Of a stretch of DNA of 14,695 nucleotides, positions 5,931-14,695 are shown piece after piece (positions within the stretch are counted from its first letter, which is position 1; every line of letters starts with the position of its first letter). Under the pieces are notes generated by a model. That model searched no databases and had not been told where the DNA came from. It saw nothing but the letters and a program-made list of their open reading frames with translations. The stretch is from a bacterium (lineage in GTDB: Bacteria; Zhuqueibacterota; Zhuqueibacteria; Oceanimicrobiales; Oceanimicrobiaceae), in assembly GCA_046757525.1 (NCBI GenBank), contig JBHHYI010000102.1, positions 1 through 14,695 of the forward strand, read 5' to 3'. The translations under genes were made by a program, and so were the position numbers.

Positions 5931-6770
5931 ATGTTTTTTATTTTAGCCGCTGGGAATGAGTCCTTGACCTGGTTAGTTGGTGCATTGCTTGCTTTGTTGG
6001 TAACAACTTCTGCATTTAGCAAGCAACTCTTGTCTCTCGACGGAGCGATTGCAGCTTTTTTTATCGGGTGGATCATTTTTAGCGTAGGTCAAATTCCCTT
6101 TAGCGTTCCAATTTTGGCCTTTTTTATTTTGTCCAGTTTGCTGTCAAGAATAGGTGGCACTCAGAAAATGGCGGTGCAGCGAGTTTTCCAGAAGAGCAGC
6201 CGGCGCGATGCGGGCCAGGTGTTGGCCAACGGTGCTGTGCCGCTGTTGTTGCTGTTGTATTGGCAACGATCCCCAAGTCCGTTCGGCTTTTATCTCTACT
6301 TGGCCGCCATCGCCTCTGCTACGGCAGACACCTGGGCGACCGAAATAGGCGTTCTTTCCAAATCACCACCCCGGTTCATCTTGAATCTGCGAAAAGCACC
6401 CAGCGGCACTTCCGGCGCGGTGAGCTTGCTGGGCCTGGCGAGCGCTCTGCTTGGAGCGTTCGCGGTTAGCGCGGTCGGATTTGTGGTGGCAGCGGCGTTT
6501 TCTCTGGTCCCTTTCCGGTGGTGGTACCTGTTGGTGCTGACTGCTGCTGGCTTCTTAGCACAAATAGTGGACAGCTTGTTGGGCGCTTCTTTGCAAGGAC
6601 TCTATCGTTGTGCAAATTGTAACCGGATTAGCGAGAAAAAAATGCACTGCCAGGGTCACCAGGCAAGCCACATCTCCGGCTGGAAATGGGTCAATAACGA
6701 CATCGTCAATGTGACCTCGAATGTGTTTGGCGTGCTCTTGTGCTGGATTGGCGTGGAGGTTTTGTTATGA
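5931..6770 (+). CDS. DUF92 (TMEM19-like) integral membrane protein
   Basis: Motifs LSLDGAIAA, FFILSSLLS, RDAGQVLANG, ADTWATEIG, GTSGAVSLLG, DSLLGASLQ and NNDIVN. The start is uncertain: TTG at 5964 is an alternative, because a TTGACT -35-like box at 5905-5910 would place the -10 over the 5931 ATG. Confidence 0.9.
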   Translation: MFFILAAGNESLTWLVGALLALLVTTSAFSKQLLSLDGAIAAFFIGWIIFSVGQIPFSVPILAFFILSSLLSRIGGTQKMAVQRVFQKSSRRDAGQVLANGAVPLLLLLYWQRSPSPFGFYLYLAAIASATADTWATEIGVLSKSPPRFILNLRKAPSGTSGAVSLLGLASALLGAFAVSAVGFVVAAAFSLVPFRWWYLLVLTAAGFLAQIVDSLLGASLQGLYRCANCNRISEKKMHCQGHQASHISGWKWVNNDIVNVTSNVFGVLLCWIGVEVLL

Positions 6771-7087
6771 AGGCCGGGAAAAACCGACGGAAAACGACAG
6801 CCCAGAAATGGCGCAAGAGACTGAAGTGGGGTGCTTTGCTCGTGTTCGTCCTTTATTTTAGTTTTGGCGGTCATTACAACTTGTACAAGTATTGGAAGCT
6901 AAAACGCAAGAAACAGGAATTACAAGCGCACATTGAACAGTTGCAGCACGAAAAACAGGAACTACTGAGGAAAATCGAATTGTTGAAGAACGACAAGGCT
7001 TACATCGAAAAAATTGCGCGCGAAAAATATAAGATGAGCAAACCAGGAGAGAAAATCTATTTAATCGAGGAAAAGGATGACAAGTGA
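6767..7087 (+). CDS. ftsB: Septum formation initiator, FtsB/DivIC family
   Basis: ATG at 6767 overlaps the DUF92 stop (ATGA). Basic N-terminus, a single TM ending in FGG, a leucine-zipper coiled coil, then YIEKIAREKYKMSKPGEKIY (the E-x-x-AR...GE signature). Confidence 0.88.
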   Translation: MKAGKNRRKTTAQKWRKRLKWGALLVFVLYFSFGGHYNLYKYWKLKRKKQELQAHIEQLQHEKQELLRKIELLKNDKAYIEKIAREKYKMSKPGEKIYLIEEKDDK

Positions 7088-7782
7088 CCGATTCTAAACC
7101 GTTAGCACCCAAAGGCGGGTTCGGCAAAAAAATACGAGCCTATTTCTTCACCGGCTTGCTGGTTTTGGTGCCTTTGGTCCTGACCGGATACATCATCTGG
7201 AATTTATTTCTTGCCATCGATGGTATTTTAAGAGAGTTTGTTTACTCGTTTATTTTTGAGAACTTCAAAATCTCCTTTTTTGAAAGGCCCATTCCTGGCC
7301 TCGGCTTCATCACCCTGATTCTGATCATCGTCCTCACCGGTATCCTCGCGCGGAATTATTTCGGTCGTAAAATCGTTAATCTCGGCGACAAATTCGTCCA
7401 GCGAATTCCGCTCATCAATCGCGTTTACAATGCCATTAAGCAGATCAGTTTCGCTTTTTTTTCGGAGAAACGGGAAGTATTTAAGAAAGCCATTTTGTTT
7501 GAATATCCAAGAAAGGGAATATATTCAATCGGTTTTTACACACAGGACACGCGAGGCCCGGTGCAGGAAGCGCTCAAGGAGGACGTCGTGAGTGTGTTCT
7601 TGCCTACGACCCCTAATCCAACTTCCGGGTTTCTGCTTTTTGTGCCGAAAGCAGACATCATCGACCTGGACTTAAGAATCGAAGACGCGTTGAAACTGGT
7701 AATTTCGGCTGGTGCGGTGGTTCCAAACAGCAAGAATCGGGCTCAGATAGCTTCCGTGGAACCAACAAAACTCGACCCTTGA
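7084..7782 (+). CDS. DUF502 domain-containing membrane protein (COV1-like)
   Basis: Motifs YFFTGLLVLVPLVLT, IPGLG, RIPLINRVYNAIKQ, EYPRKG, VFLPTTPNPTSGFL and ALKLVISAG. GTG start overlaps the ftsB stop. Confidence 0.92.
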   Translation: MTDSKPLAPKGGFGKKIRAYFFTGLLVLVPLVLTGYIIWNLFLAIDGILREFVYSFIFENFKISFFERPIPGLGFITLILIIVLTGILARNYFGRKIVNLGDKFVQRIPLINRVYNAIKQISFAFFSEKREVFKKAILFEYPRKGIYSIGFYTQDTRGPVQEALKEDVVSVFLPTTPNPTSGFLLFVPKADIIDLDLRIEDALKLVISAGAVVPNSKNRAQIASVEPTKLDP

Positions 7783-9710
7783 ACAATATGCGCCATAGCT
7801 ATTATTTTAGTCTACTGCTCAACGACGGTTGTTTGAAGATTGCGGCATGGTGTGTTCTGTTCGGCGTTTCGACCCTGTCCGCCAGGAATGCCCACGCGCA
7901 ACCAAGAGCAGAAGCCAACCGGCCGCCCACCCGCCTGCGTTTTTCCAAACTCACATTCAATCAGGATTTAAATATTTTTAAGTGGAACTATGCGTTAAAC
8001 TACCAAAAGGAATTGGCCAACCGTGTGCAATTTGAATTTGCAGAAAATTTTGAATCTACCTTGCAAAGCATCACCAACCACGATTTGTGGAAGGACAATC
8101 AAGACTTCCGCATGACCTTCAAGATACCGGTCAGCAAAACCCTCTCCTTTAACCCGGAGTTTCAGTCGTACGTGCTCTCAGACCCTTTGGCTGGTTTCGA
8201 CAACGACCTTCAGCTTTATTCAGGAGGGGGCAAACTCATCTTTCAACCAGGCCCGGACATCTACTTCGCACCCAAAGTGAGCAGCAAATGGCAAACTCAG
8301 GTCAAGCAAAGTGACCAGGGGATCGCCTACGGTCTGGAGACCCGCATTCAAAATATCGACATCCAAGGCTACAAGAACGATTTTTCATTCCTGGGCACCC
8401 AGGACTATTTCCCCAACCGGAAAAACGAGGACTTCAAGATCCAGTACAGAATTGAGCGGCAATTTTACGAAGGCACTGCGGACACGCTCATTCTGTTTCT
8501 CAACCGGCTCCGCATCGACAGCTTTGACTCCGACGCTGGCGGCATTTTCGTCCGGAATCTCACGCAAAACAATCGCGGGGTTGAAAACCGCTTAAGCTAC
8601 AGACTCGCGCCGGACGTGGCGTTGTTCTTGCGCAATTCTATTTCCTCCAATACCTTTGAAGTGAACAATCTGCGCGACAAGGAGGTGGATCTGCGCAAGG
8701 ATGATAAGGGCTTTGAAACCAACAGCAACTTGAGTTTGTCGATGCAAAAACCGAAATGGTTCGGCAACGTATTTTGGAACTTTCGTTCCAGAGAGAGAAA
8801 TGACCGGCGTCCCAAGGAGAAAGTCGTGAATCCTTTTCTGACCCGGCATCCTTCCCTGGGATTTGACACGGATCAGGTCAATGAAGCGCTGGGGTTGCGC
8901 GGCGGTCTGCATCTCACCCGCCAGGACTCCCTGGGCGTCTACGCCTCGGTTTCCAAATTCATTTACGACACGTCGGACTCCACCAACCCCAACAGTCACG
9001 ATCAACTGCGCTGGCATTTCACATTCTCTCATGCGCATCGTTTCTCCCCTCACCTGCGGCTAATTTGGCGGGCCAACGCTTTGCTCAACCATTTCGTATT
9101 TGTTTCCAGCGCCTTCAGCAGCGGCAACAACTGGGAACGCATTTTTCAGCTCACCCCGGAAGTCTATTACCAGCCGAGCCAAAACTTTTATTTCAGGCAG
9201 ATTTTTACGGTGCGCGCAAAGTACCAGACTTATGACTTCGACGATTCAGAAACCAGCAATCGAAACATCGTAAACCGTCAGTTTCTGTTAACCAACCACA
9301 GCAATTTTCGTTTAACTCGCCACACCTGGCTCGAGCTCAGTTTGAACTTTGAACTGTCCGAGCAAGGAAAACTCTTCTACAACCAGTGGCGCCAGCGCCT
9401 GGCGCTGTCGTGGCAAAACGAAGAGATTCAACTTTTTCTGAAGAACCATCTGGGCTCCGGCATGGTTTTCTCGCCCGGATTTGCTTTCTTCCAACAACTC
9501 CGTTGGGATCACATCGTCAACTCAGACGGCACACTTTCCAAAAGAATCAAAGACAAACACACCAACGTGGGTCCAATCTTTCAGCTTGCTTTCAATCCGA
9601 GTCCGAATTTAGAATTTGTGGTCTTCGGCAAAACTCAATTCGTTATTTCATCGCAAAGAAAGACCGATACCATTAATAACATCGATGTCAAGTTGAACTG
9701 GTTCTTTTAA
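7779..9710 (+). CDS. Hypothetical exported protein, probable outer-membrane beta-barrel
   Basis: 643 aa. Signal-like segment ending ...ARNAHA-Q. Many alternating amphipathic strands rich in F/Y/W/N/S. C-terminal IDVKLNWFF beta-signal. Start is TTG 7779 or ATG 7788. Confidence 0.7.
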   Translation: MNNMRHSYYFSLLLNDGCLKIAAWCVLFGVSTLSARNAHAQPRAEANRPPTRLRFSKLTFNQDLNIFKWNYALNYQKELANRVQFEFAENFESTLQSITNHDLWKDNQDFRMTFKIPVSKTLSFNPEFQSYVLSDPLAGFDNDLQLYSGGGKLIFQPGPDIYFAPKVSSKWQTQVKQSDQGIAYGLETRIQNIDIQGYKNDFSFLGTQDYFPNRKNEDFKIQYRIERQFYEGTADTLILFLNRLRIDSFDSDAGGIFVRNLTQNNRGVENRLSYRLAPDVALFLRNSISSNTFEVNNLRDKEVDLRKDDKGFETNSNLSLSMQKPKWFGNVFWNFRSRERNDRRPKEKVVNPFLTRHPSLGFDTDQVNEALGLRGGLHLTRQDSLGVYASVSKFIYDTSDSTNPNSHDQLRWHFTFSHAHRFSPHLRLIWRANALLNHFVFVSSAFSSGNNWERIFQLTPEVYYQPSQNFYFRQIFTVRAKYQTYDFDDSETSNRNIVNRQFLLTNHSNFRLTRHTWLELSLNFELSEQGKLFYNQWRQRLALSWQNEEIQLFLKNHLGSGMVFSPGFAFFQQLRWDHIVNSDGTLSKRIKDKHTNVGPIFQLAFNPSPNLEFVVFGKTQFVISSQRKTDTINNIDVKLNWFF

Positions 9711-9728
9711 CCTCTCTGGAAAATAATT

Positions 9729-10154
9729 GTGAGCACTTCAGAAACCAAAAGATTCGAGATCGTCATTCCCAGCAAATTGGACAGAATAGAAAGCGTGGAA
9801 AAATTGTCCGAAAGAGCCGCCGATGTGATGCAATTTAGCGACGACGAAAAAGACAGTCTGGCCATCGCCGTAACGGAAGCGGTAAACAACGCCATCATCC
9901 ACGGCAACAAAAGAGATGCCAGCAAGAAGGTGTTCATAAATTTCAAGTTTGAGGGGAAAAAACTCATCGTCATCGTGAAAGACGAAGGCCAGGGCTTTGA
10001 CCCGAACGACCTCCGCGATCCGTTGGACCCACAGAATTTGCTGAAGGAAAGCGGCCGGGGAATTTTTATTCTCAAAGCTTTGATGGACGAAGTCAATTTT
10101 GAGTTTGAGAAAGGTGGCACCGTCATCAAAATGGCAAAGGAAAAAAAGTCGTAA
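9729..10154 (+). CDS. rsbW: Anti-sigma factor / Ser-Thr kinase, RsbW-like (HATPase_c_2)
   Basis: 141 aa. N box EAVNNAIIHGN, G1 box DEGQGFD, G2 box ESGRGIFILKALMDEV. Confidence 0.88.
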   Translation: MSTSETKRFEIVIPSKLDRIESVEKLSERAADVMQFSDDEKDSLAIAVTEAVNNAIIHGNKRDASKKVFINFKFEGKKLIVIVKDEGQGFDPNDLRDPLDPQNLLKESGRGIFILKALMDEVNFEFEKGGTVIKMAKEKKS

Positions 10155-10230
10155 TGGCTTACCTCTTCGACCAGGCCCGCTAACTGCTTCTATTTTGTCT
10201 TCTCCAGCGAAACGATTTTCCGATTAAGTC

Positions 10231-10259
10231 TTGCACTTCGTCTGTAATATTCTTAAGTT
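10231..10259 (+). promoter_or_regulatory. Possible sigma70-type promoter for priA
   Basis: TTGCAC (10231-10236), 17-nt spacer, TAAGTT (10254-10259). GAGGAAG lies just before the ATG at 10284. Confidence 0.4.
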
Positions 10260-10283
10260 TGTTTTCACAATCCTTCGAGGAAG

Positions 10284-12752
10284 ATGAAAGCACGGTACGT
10301 TGAAATTGCGTTTCCTCTGCCAGTGAATCATACTTTTACCTACCAAATTCCCTCAGAATTAGTGGGCACAGTTAGGGTTGGGTGCCGGGTGATTGCGCCT
10401 CTGGGGCCACGAAGACTCACGGGATTTATTGTTAAGCTAAAAGACTCGACTGAGTTCAAAGAACTCAAGGCCATAATCGATGTGCTGGATTTGGAACCCC
10501 TTTTCAGCCCCGACATCCTGCGATTGTCAGAGTGGATTGCCGAGTACTACCTTTGCTCCCGTGGCGAGGCTTTGAAAGCTACGCTACCCTCTTTCTTTTT
10601 GAGGGCCTCCAGGAAAGTCGTTTATGCCAGGCACCCGGATGTTGAAGAAGCAGCCAGCAAGCTCGAGACCACCTCACCGCGCCAGGCGCAAATACTGCGC
10701 TATTTAGCCAAAGGCGGCAAGATTTCAGTGCAGCATTTGAAACGGAAAATAGGGGCTCAAAATCTGTATTCGAGCCTCAATCAATTGATCAAACGTAAGC
10801 TCATTGGCACTGAACAAAGCTTCGCAAACTCCCAGGCTAAACCCAAGACCCGAAATTTTGTTCGACTGCAGGCAGAGGTCAGTAGCTTGATTGAAGCACT
10901 CAATAAGACTGCGCCTGTTCGCGCCCGCTGTTTAAGCTACTTGCAAGCAGCCGACCGGGCGATCAGCCAGGCCGAACTGGTGAAGGAGACCGGGATTACT
11001 TCCCAGGCCCTGAAATCGATGGCAAAGAGCAAGTTGGTCGGCATCTTCAAGGCGGACGTCTTGCGGGATTTTTACAGCCACATCCAGATTGAAGCTCCGC
11101 AAGCAGTTCGGTTGAATCCAGAACAGAGTCAAGCATTGGCTGAAATCGACCAGGCCATCGCAGGGCAGCAATTCAAAACCTTTTTGCTTTTCGGGATTAC
11201 GGGCAGTGGCAAAACCCAGGTGTACATCGAAGCCATCAAAAAGGCGCTGGAACAAGGTCGAGACGCAATTGTTTTGGTGCCTGAGATCGCCTTGACGCCC
11301 CAGACAGTCCAGCGGTTTAGGAGTTATTTTCGGGAACAGGTGGCGGTGCTGCACAGCGTCATGTCGGCAGGCGAGAGATACGATGGCTGGCGACGCTTGA
11401 GAAAAGGACAGGCCAGGGTCGCCATTGGTCCCCGATCTGCGATTTTTGCGCCTCTGCGCCGTGTCGGTTTGATCGTAGTAGATGAAGAACATGAAACGTC
11501 CTACAAGCAGTCGGACTCACCGCCACGCTATCACGCCCGGGACGTGGCCATCATGCGGGCTAAATTCACCAACGCCGTAGTCATTCTTGGTTCTGCCACC
11601 CCTTCTGCCGAGTCGTACTTCAACGCTCAGGTCGGCAAATACCGCCTCTTAGAACTCACGCACAGAATCGATCATGTACCATTGCCCGAAGTGAAGATTT
11701 TAGATCTGATCAAGGAAAAAAGACTGTCAGGTAAAAAGGAGGAACCGATTTTTTCTCGTCTCTTGCTTCAAAAAATCGACGAAAAATTAAGCAAACAAGA
11801 ACAAATTATTTTGCTCCTGAACCGCAGAGGATTTTCGAGTTTCATCAAGTGCAAAGATTGCGGCTATATTGAGAATTGTGAAAACTGCAACATTACCTTG
11901 ACCTACCATCTCCCTGGTCACTTGCTGCGGTGTCATTATTGCTCTTTTACCAAGAGGGCGCCGACTCTTTGTCCGGCCTGCCAGGGGCCGGATATCATTT
12001 TTCGGGGGGTTGGCACGCAAAAAGTCGAGAAAGCCCTCAAGCAGGTCATGCCACAGGCACGGGTTGTTCGCATGGACCTGGACACCACCAGCAAGAAACA
12101 CGCTCACGATCGAATTTTGCATGATTTCGGCCTGGGCAAGTACGACATCCTCCTGGGCACCCAGATGATCGCCAAGGGCCTGGATTTTCACAAGGTAACC
12201 TTGGTGGGGGTGATCAACGCTGATGTTGGACTGCTGATTCCCGACTTTCGCGCCACAGAGCGCACATTTCACCTGCTCACGCAAGTAGCCGGACGCGCCG
12301 GTCGCAAGCATCTGCCCGGCGAGGTCATCATCCAAACCTATTCTCCGAAAAACGAGAGTCTCATCTGTGCGCAACAACACGACTTCAGACAGTTCTTTTA
12401 CGGAGAAATCTCGGAACGGAAGGAATTGCACTACCCGCCTTACGGCAAGTTGGTCAGCATTCTGTTTAGAGGTGAGGATGAGAAACAAGTTGTGGTTGCC
12501 TCAAAAAAATTTGCCAGCGTCATCAAGACCTGTCAAGGGCCGTTTAAGATTCTGGGACCAACCCCTTCACCCATTTTGAAGATTCAGAACAAGTTTCGCT
12601 ACCACCTGATCCTCAAAGGCGACCGGCATCAGGACCCGGCGGGAAAGATCATGCGGCAATCGGTAAGGACTGCACAAAGCAACTTTGCCAACCTGCACAA
12701 GTCGCGTGGCGTGCAAATCGTAGTCGACGTGGACCCCCAGGCGTTGATTTGA
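10284..12752 (+). CDS. priA: Primosomal protein N' (replication restart helicase PriA)
   Basis: 822 aa. N-terminal FTYQIP...G.RV..P.G 3'-DNA-binding domain, Walker A GITGSGKT, VPEIALTPQ, DEEH, GSATPS, four CxxC pairs (CKDC, CENC, CHYC, CPAC), GTQMIAKGLDF, QVAGRAGR, YPPY and terminal VDVDP. Confidence 0.98.
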   Translation: MKARYVEIAFPLPVNHTFTYQIPSELVGTVRVGCRVIAPLGPRRLTGFIVKLKDSTEFKELKAIIDVLDLEPLFSPDILRLSEWIAEYYLCSRGEALKATLPSFFLRASRKVVYARHPDVEEAASKLETTSPRQAQILRYLAKGGKISVQHLKRKIGAQNLYSSLNQLIKRKLIGTEQSFANSQAKPKTRNFVRLQAEVSSLIEALNKTAPVRARCLSYLQAADRAISQAELVKETGITSQALKSMAKSKLVGIFKADVLRDFYSHIQIEAPQAVRLNPEQSQALAEIDQAIAGQQFKTFLLFGITGSGKTQVYIEAIKKALEQGRDAIVLVPEIALTPQTVQRFRSYFREQVAVLHSVMSAGERYDGWRRLRKGQARVAIGPRSAIFAPLRRVGLIVVDEEHETSYKQSDSPPRYHARDVAIMRAKFTNAVVILGSATPSAESYFNAQVGKYRLLELTHRIDHVPLPEVKILDLIKEKRLSGKKEEPIFSRLLLQKIDEKLSKQEQIILLLNRRGFSSFIKCKDCGYIENCENCNITLTYHLPGHLLRCHYCSFTKRAPTLCPACQGPDIIFRGVGTQKVEKALKQVMPQARVVRMDLDTTSKKHAHDRILHDFGLGKYDILLGTQMIAKGLDFHKVTLVGVINADVGLLIPDFRATERTFHLLTQVAGRAGRKHLPGEVIIQTYSPKNESLICAQQHDFRQFFYGEISERKELHYPPYGKLVSILFRGEDEKQVVVASKKFASVIKTCQGPFKILGPTPSPILKIQNKFRYHLILKGDRHQDPAGKIMRQSVRTAQSNFANLHKSRGVQIVVDVDPQALI

Positions 12753-12825
12753 GGTTAGTCTTTGAATCCTGGGGAGGTTGTCGCGCCTGGTTTTCAGGAA
12801 GGAATCGTCCCGTTCAGGACTTAAT

Positions 12826-13875
12826 TTAGCCAGGATTTTTTGCGTAGTAGCGCACCAGCAAATCCACCACCATGGAATAATTCTTGATGCCTTCTTCCAC
12901 CTGATTTAGTTTCAAATACAGATTGTAGCTTTTGTTCGAAATCCTTGAAATGACTCCCCGGTGAATTTGCCATCTTTTTTTCACGGTTTCCATATCCAAC
13001 TTGACACCATCGCTCATCATCTCTGAGAAATATCTTGGGTCGCGTTTCTGCTCCCTTACATTGATGAGAAAGTGACTCAACACTTGAAAGTAACCGCTGT
13101 ACTGACACAAAGGTTCCTTGGCGTTGACACAAACCAGAAAAGCCAGGAAATTGGCTTCTGCCTCGCTGGTGTAACCCAGGCGATGGGCTTTCTCGTGCGC
13201 GATGATGAAGGGCAGTTCGAAAATCATGACATCGGAGTTGAAATGAACTTCGTGAAAAAATGGACTGAACCAGCCACTGGTTATGGTCTTGTTGAGCACC
13301 CAATTGCCGAACATGGGCTTGATCACGGGCGTACCCGGAATCTTCCTCAATCCGAGCCTGGTCAAAACCGATTGGTAACTGGTTTCAATTATCTGGTTGA
13401 TTTCTCCGACCCTTTCAATGGAGTAGGTCAAATTCAAGTCGTTAGCGTGTCGAATCATCTGCACAAAAGTCGAATCAAAGGCATTGATTGGAATGTGCAC
13501 GTCCTCCAATGCCAGCTTGGTCTTTAAAGGCATGCGCAAGTAATTGATTCCCCAGCATAAGTAAAACCAGACGTAGATCACAGAGGCGGTAATGATCAAG
13601 TTCAAAAATATTTGGGAGACAGGCATCCGCAGTTTTCTGATCCGATAAAGAATAAAGGGTAAGCCAAAAATTACACTAAACCAGATGGTGAATTCGGACA
13701 GAGAAAAAGGAAACAGACTGGAAAAATTGGACAGGATGAATGCTACTATGAGATAGAAACCGTTGGAGTAATAGTTTTCCACGAAAGCGGGATATTGGGA
13801 AAGAATCTGGACAAAGAAAAAAAATGCCAGTGCCACGCCAATAATGCCGGCACGCAGTTTCATCGGAAATTTCAT
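12826..13875 (-). CDS. DUF3810 family membrane-anchored putative zinc metallopeptidase
   Basis: Motifs VENYYSNGFY, FPFSLSE, WGINYLR, GWFSPFFHE and the HExxH...E site AHEKAHRLGYTSEAEANF; three N-terminal TM segments. Confidence 0.88.
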   Translation of the reverse strand: MKFPMKLRAGIIGVALAFFFFVQILSQYPAFVENYYSNGFYLIVAFILSNFSSLFPFSLSEFTIWFSVIFGLPFILYRIRKLRMPVSQIFLNLIITASVIYVWFYLCWGINYLRMPLKTKLALEDVHIPINAFDSTFVQMIRHANDLNLTYSIERVGEINQIIETSYQSVLTRLGLRKIPGTPVIKPMFGNWVLNKTITSGWFSPFFHEVHFNSDVMIFELPFIIAHEKAHRLGYTSEAEANFLAFLVCVNAKEPLCQYSGYFQVLSHFLINVREQKRDPRYFSEMMSDGVKLDMETVKKRWQIHRGVISRISNKSYNLYLKLNQVEEGIKNYSMVVDLLVRYYAKNPG

Positions 13876-13965
13876 CTCATATTCAGCAAGCGGTTAATCT
13901 TCTGAGGCAGGCGAATTCACAAATGCATGATGATTCAAGTTATTTCAGCGATGGCAGACAATTGG

Positions 13966-14520
13966 TCAAGGCAACCCCAGCTCACCGGAAATGGATTGCA
14001 TGGCCTGGACGACATTGTCGATGTGTTCCTCCAGGCTCAACGCAAGCATCTCAGCCCCTTTTTGGATGTCTTCGCGACTTACGTTTCGTGCGAAAGCCTT
14101 GTCTTTCATTTTCTTTTTGACCGACTTCACCTTCACCTCCATGAGGCTTTTGGTCGGTCGCACCAGCGCCACGGCAACGATGAAACCCGTTAATTCGTCC
14201 ACGGCAAACAGTGTTTTCTCCATGTTGCTTTCAGGCACCACCCCGGTATATTCGGCATGGGCAAGAATGGCCCGGGTAATTTCTTCGGGCATTCCCTTCT
14301 CCTTCAAGATGCTCACCCCCACGAAAGGGTGCTCTTCTTTGCTCGGATGTAGCTCATAATCAAAATCGTGCAAAAGCCCTACCACGGCCCATTTGTCCTC
14401 GTCTTCACCGAATTTTCGCGCGTAAAATCGCATGGCTGCTTCAACAGCGAGCATGTGCTTGCGAAGGTTTTCAGATTTTGTGTAGTGGGTCATGAGTTCC
14501 CACGCTTCTTCACGGTTCAA
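13966..14520 (-). CDS. HD/HDIG-domain metal-dependent phosphohydrolase
   Basis: Motifs KHMLAVEAAM, GLLHDFDYE, EHP, AILAH, DELTGFI and KKKMKDKAFA. The TTG at 14520-14518 has an AAGGAG SD just upstream and is preferred over the ATG at 14556. Confidence 0.9.
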   Translation of the reverse strand: MNREEAWELMTHYTKSENLRKHMLAVEAAMRFYARKFGEDEDKWAVVGLLHDFDYELHPSKEEHPFVGVSILKEKGMPEEITRAILAHAEYTGVVPESNMEKTLFAVDELTGFIVAVALVRPTKSLMEVKVKSVKKKMKDKAFARNVSREDIQKGAEMLALSLEEHIDNVVQAMQSISGELGLP

Positions 14521-14599
14521 TTTGTCTGCTCCTTTCCTCGTTTTGTTTGGCGTCATTTTAGGCTATTCGAGAGCGTAACCTGCTCCCAGAATTTCAGTC

Positions 14600-14695
14600 C
14601 TACCTATTGCGGTCACTGTTGTTCAAGTGACCGTAGCGAAGGGTGACGGGCTGCGATGCGTCCCGAAAAAAAATCGTTAGGACACCCAGGACGAC
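14600..14695 (-). CDS. Possible 3' end of an upstream gene truncated by the window edge
   Basis: One minus-strand frame is open from the edge (VVLGVLTIFFRDASQPVTLRYGHLNNSDRNR*). The other two frames also end within 100 nt, so the frame is ambiguous. Confidence 0.2.
   Translation of the reverse strand, partial: VVLGVLTIFFRDASQPVTLRYGHLNNSDRNR

Noticed and set aside
9707..10129. 140-aa antisense ORF mirroring the RsbW-like gene
   Set aside because: Shadow ORF on the reverse strand of a motif-complete gene; Ser/Phe-rich composition is typical of antisense translation.
10932..12488. Long antisense ORFs (186 aa and 233 aa) inside priA, and similar ones inside dctP, tauE, the aldolase and DUF3810
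   Set aside because: They lie wholly opposite well-conserved genes, show no motifs, and are expected from codon bias.
12753..12825. Bidirectional terminator between convergent priA and DUF3810
   Set aside because: Only a 4-bp CCTG/CAGG stem is present, with no flanking U- or A-tracts.
14521..14556. ATG 14556 as the start of the HD hydrolase
   Set aside because: It has no SD, and the extra residues are encoded by the AAGGAG ribosome-binding region of the TTG start at 14520.

Overview
Bacterial chromosomal window, probably from a diderm FCB-group lineage (an inference from gene content, not a search). It holds about 13 real CDSs: a Tat/lipoprotein-type TRAP solute-binding protein (TakP/DctP family, minus strand), a divergent unknown lipoprotein, a DUF2914 membrane protein plus a TauE/SafE permease, a stand-alone DUF2090 (IolC C-terminal-like) aldolase, a translationally coupled run DUF92 - ftsB - DUF502 - large beta-barrel protein - RsbW-like kinase, priA, and a convergent HD hydrolase plus DUF3810 HExxH protein. 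No transposase, integrase, rRNA, tRNA or CRISPR array is visible. The most unusual signals are non-coding. (1) The 720-bp AT-rich gap at 2126-2846 holds two tandem bipartite palindromic units, each a CAC(R)GA-repeat inverted repeat followed by a T-tract-GGTT-hairpin-GTTRGG end. The two ends show a compensatory base change, and a 31-bp palindrome appears inserted into the second one. (2) A ~115-nt strand-specific structured element (1265-1380) lies just upstream of the TRAP gene. All family assignments are from motif recognition by eye; no searches were run.
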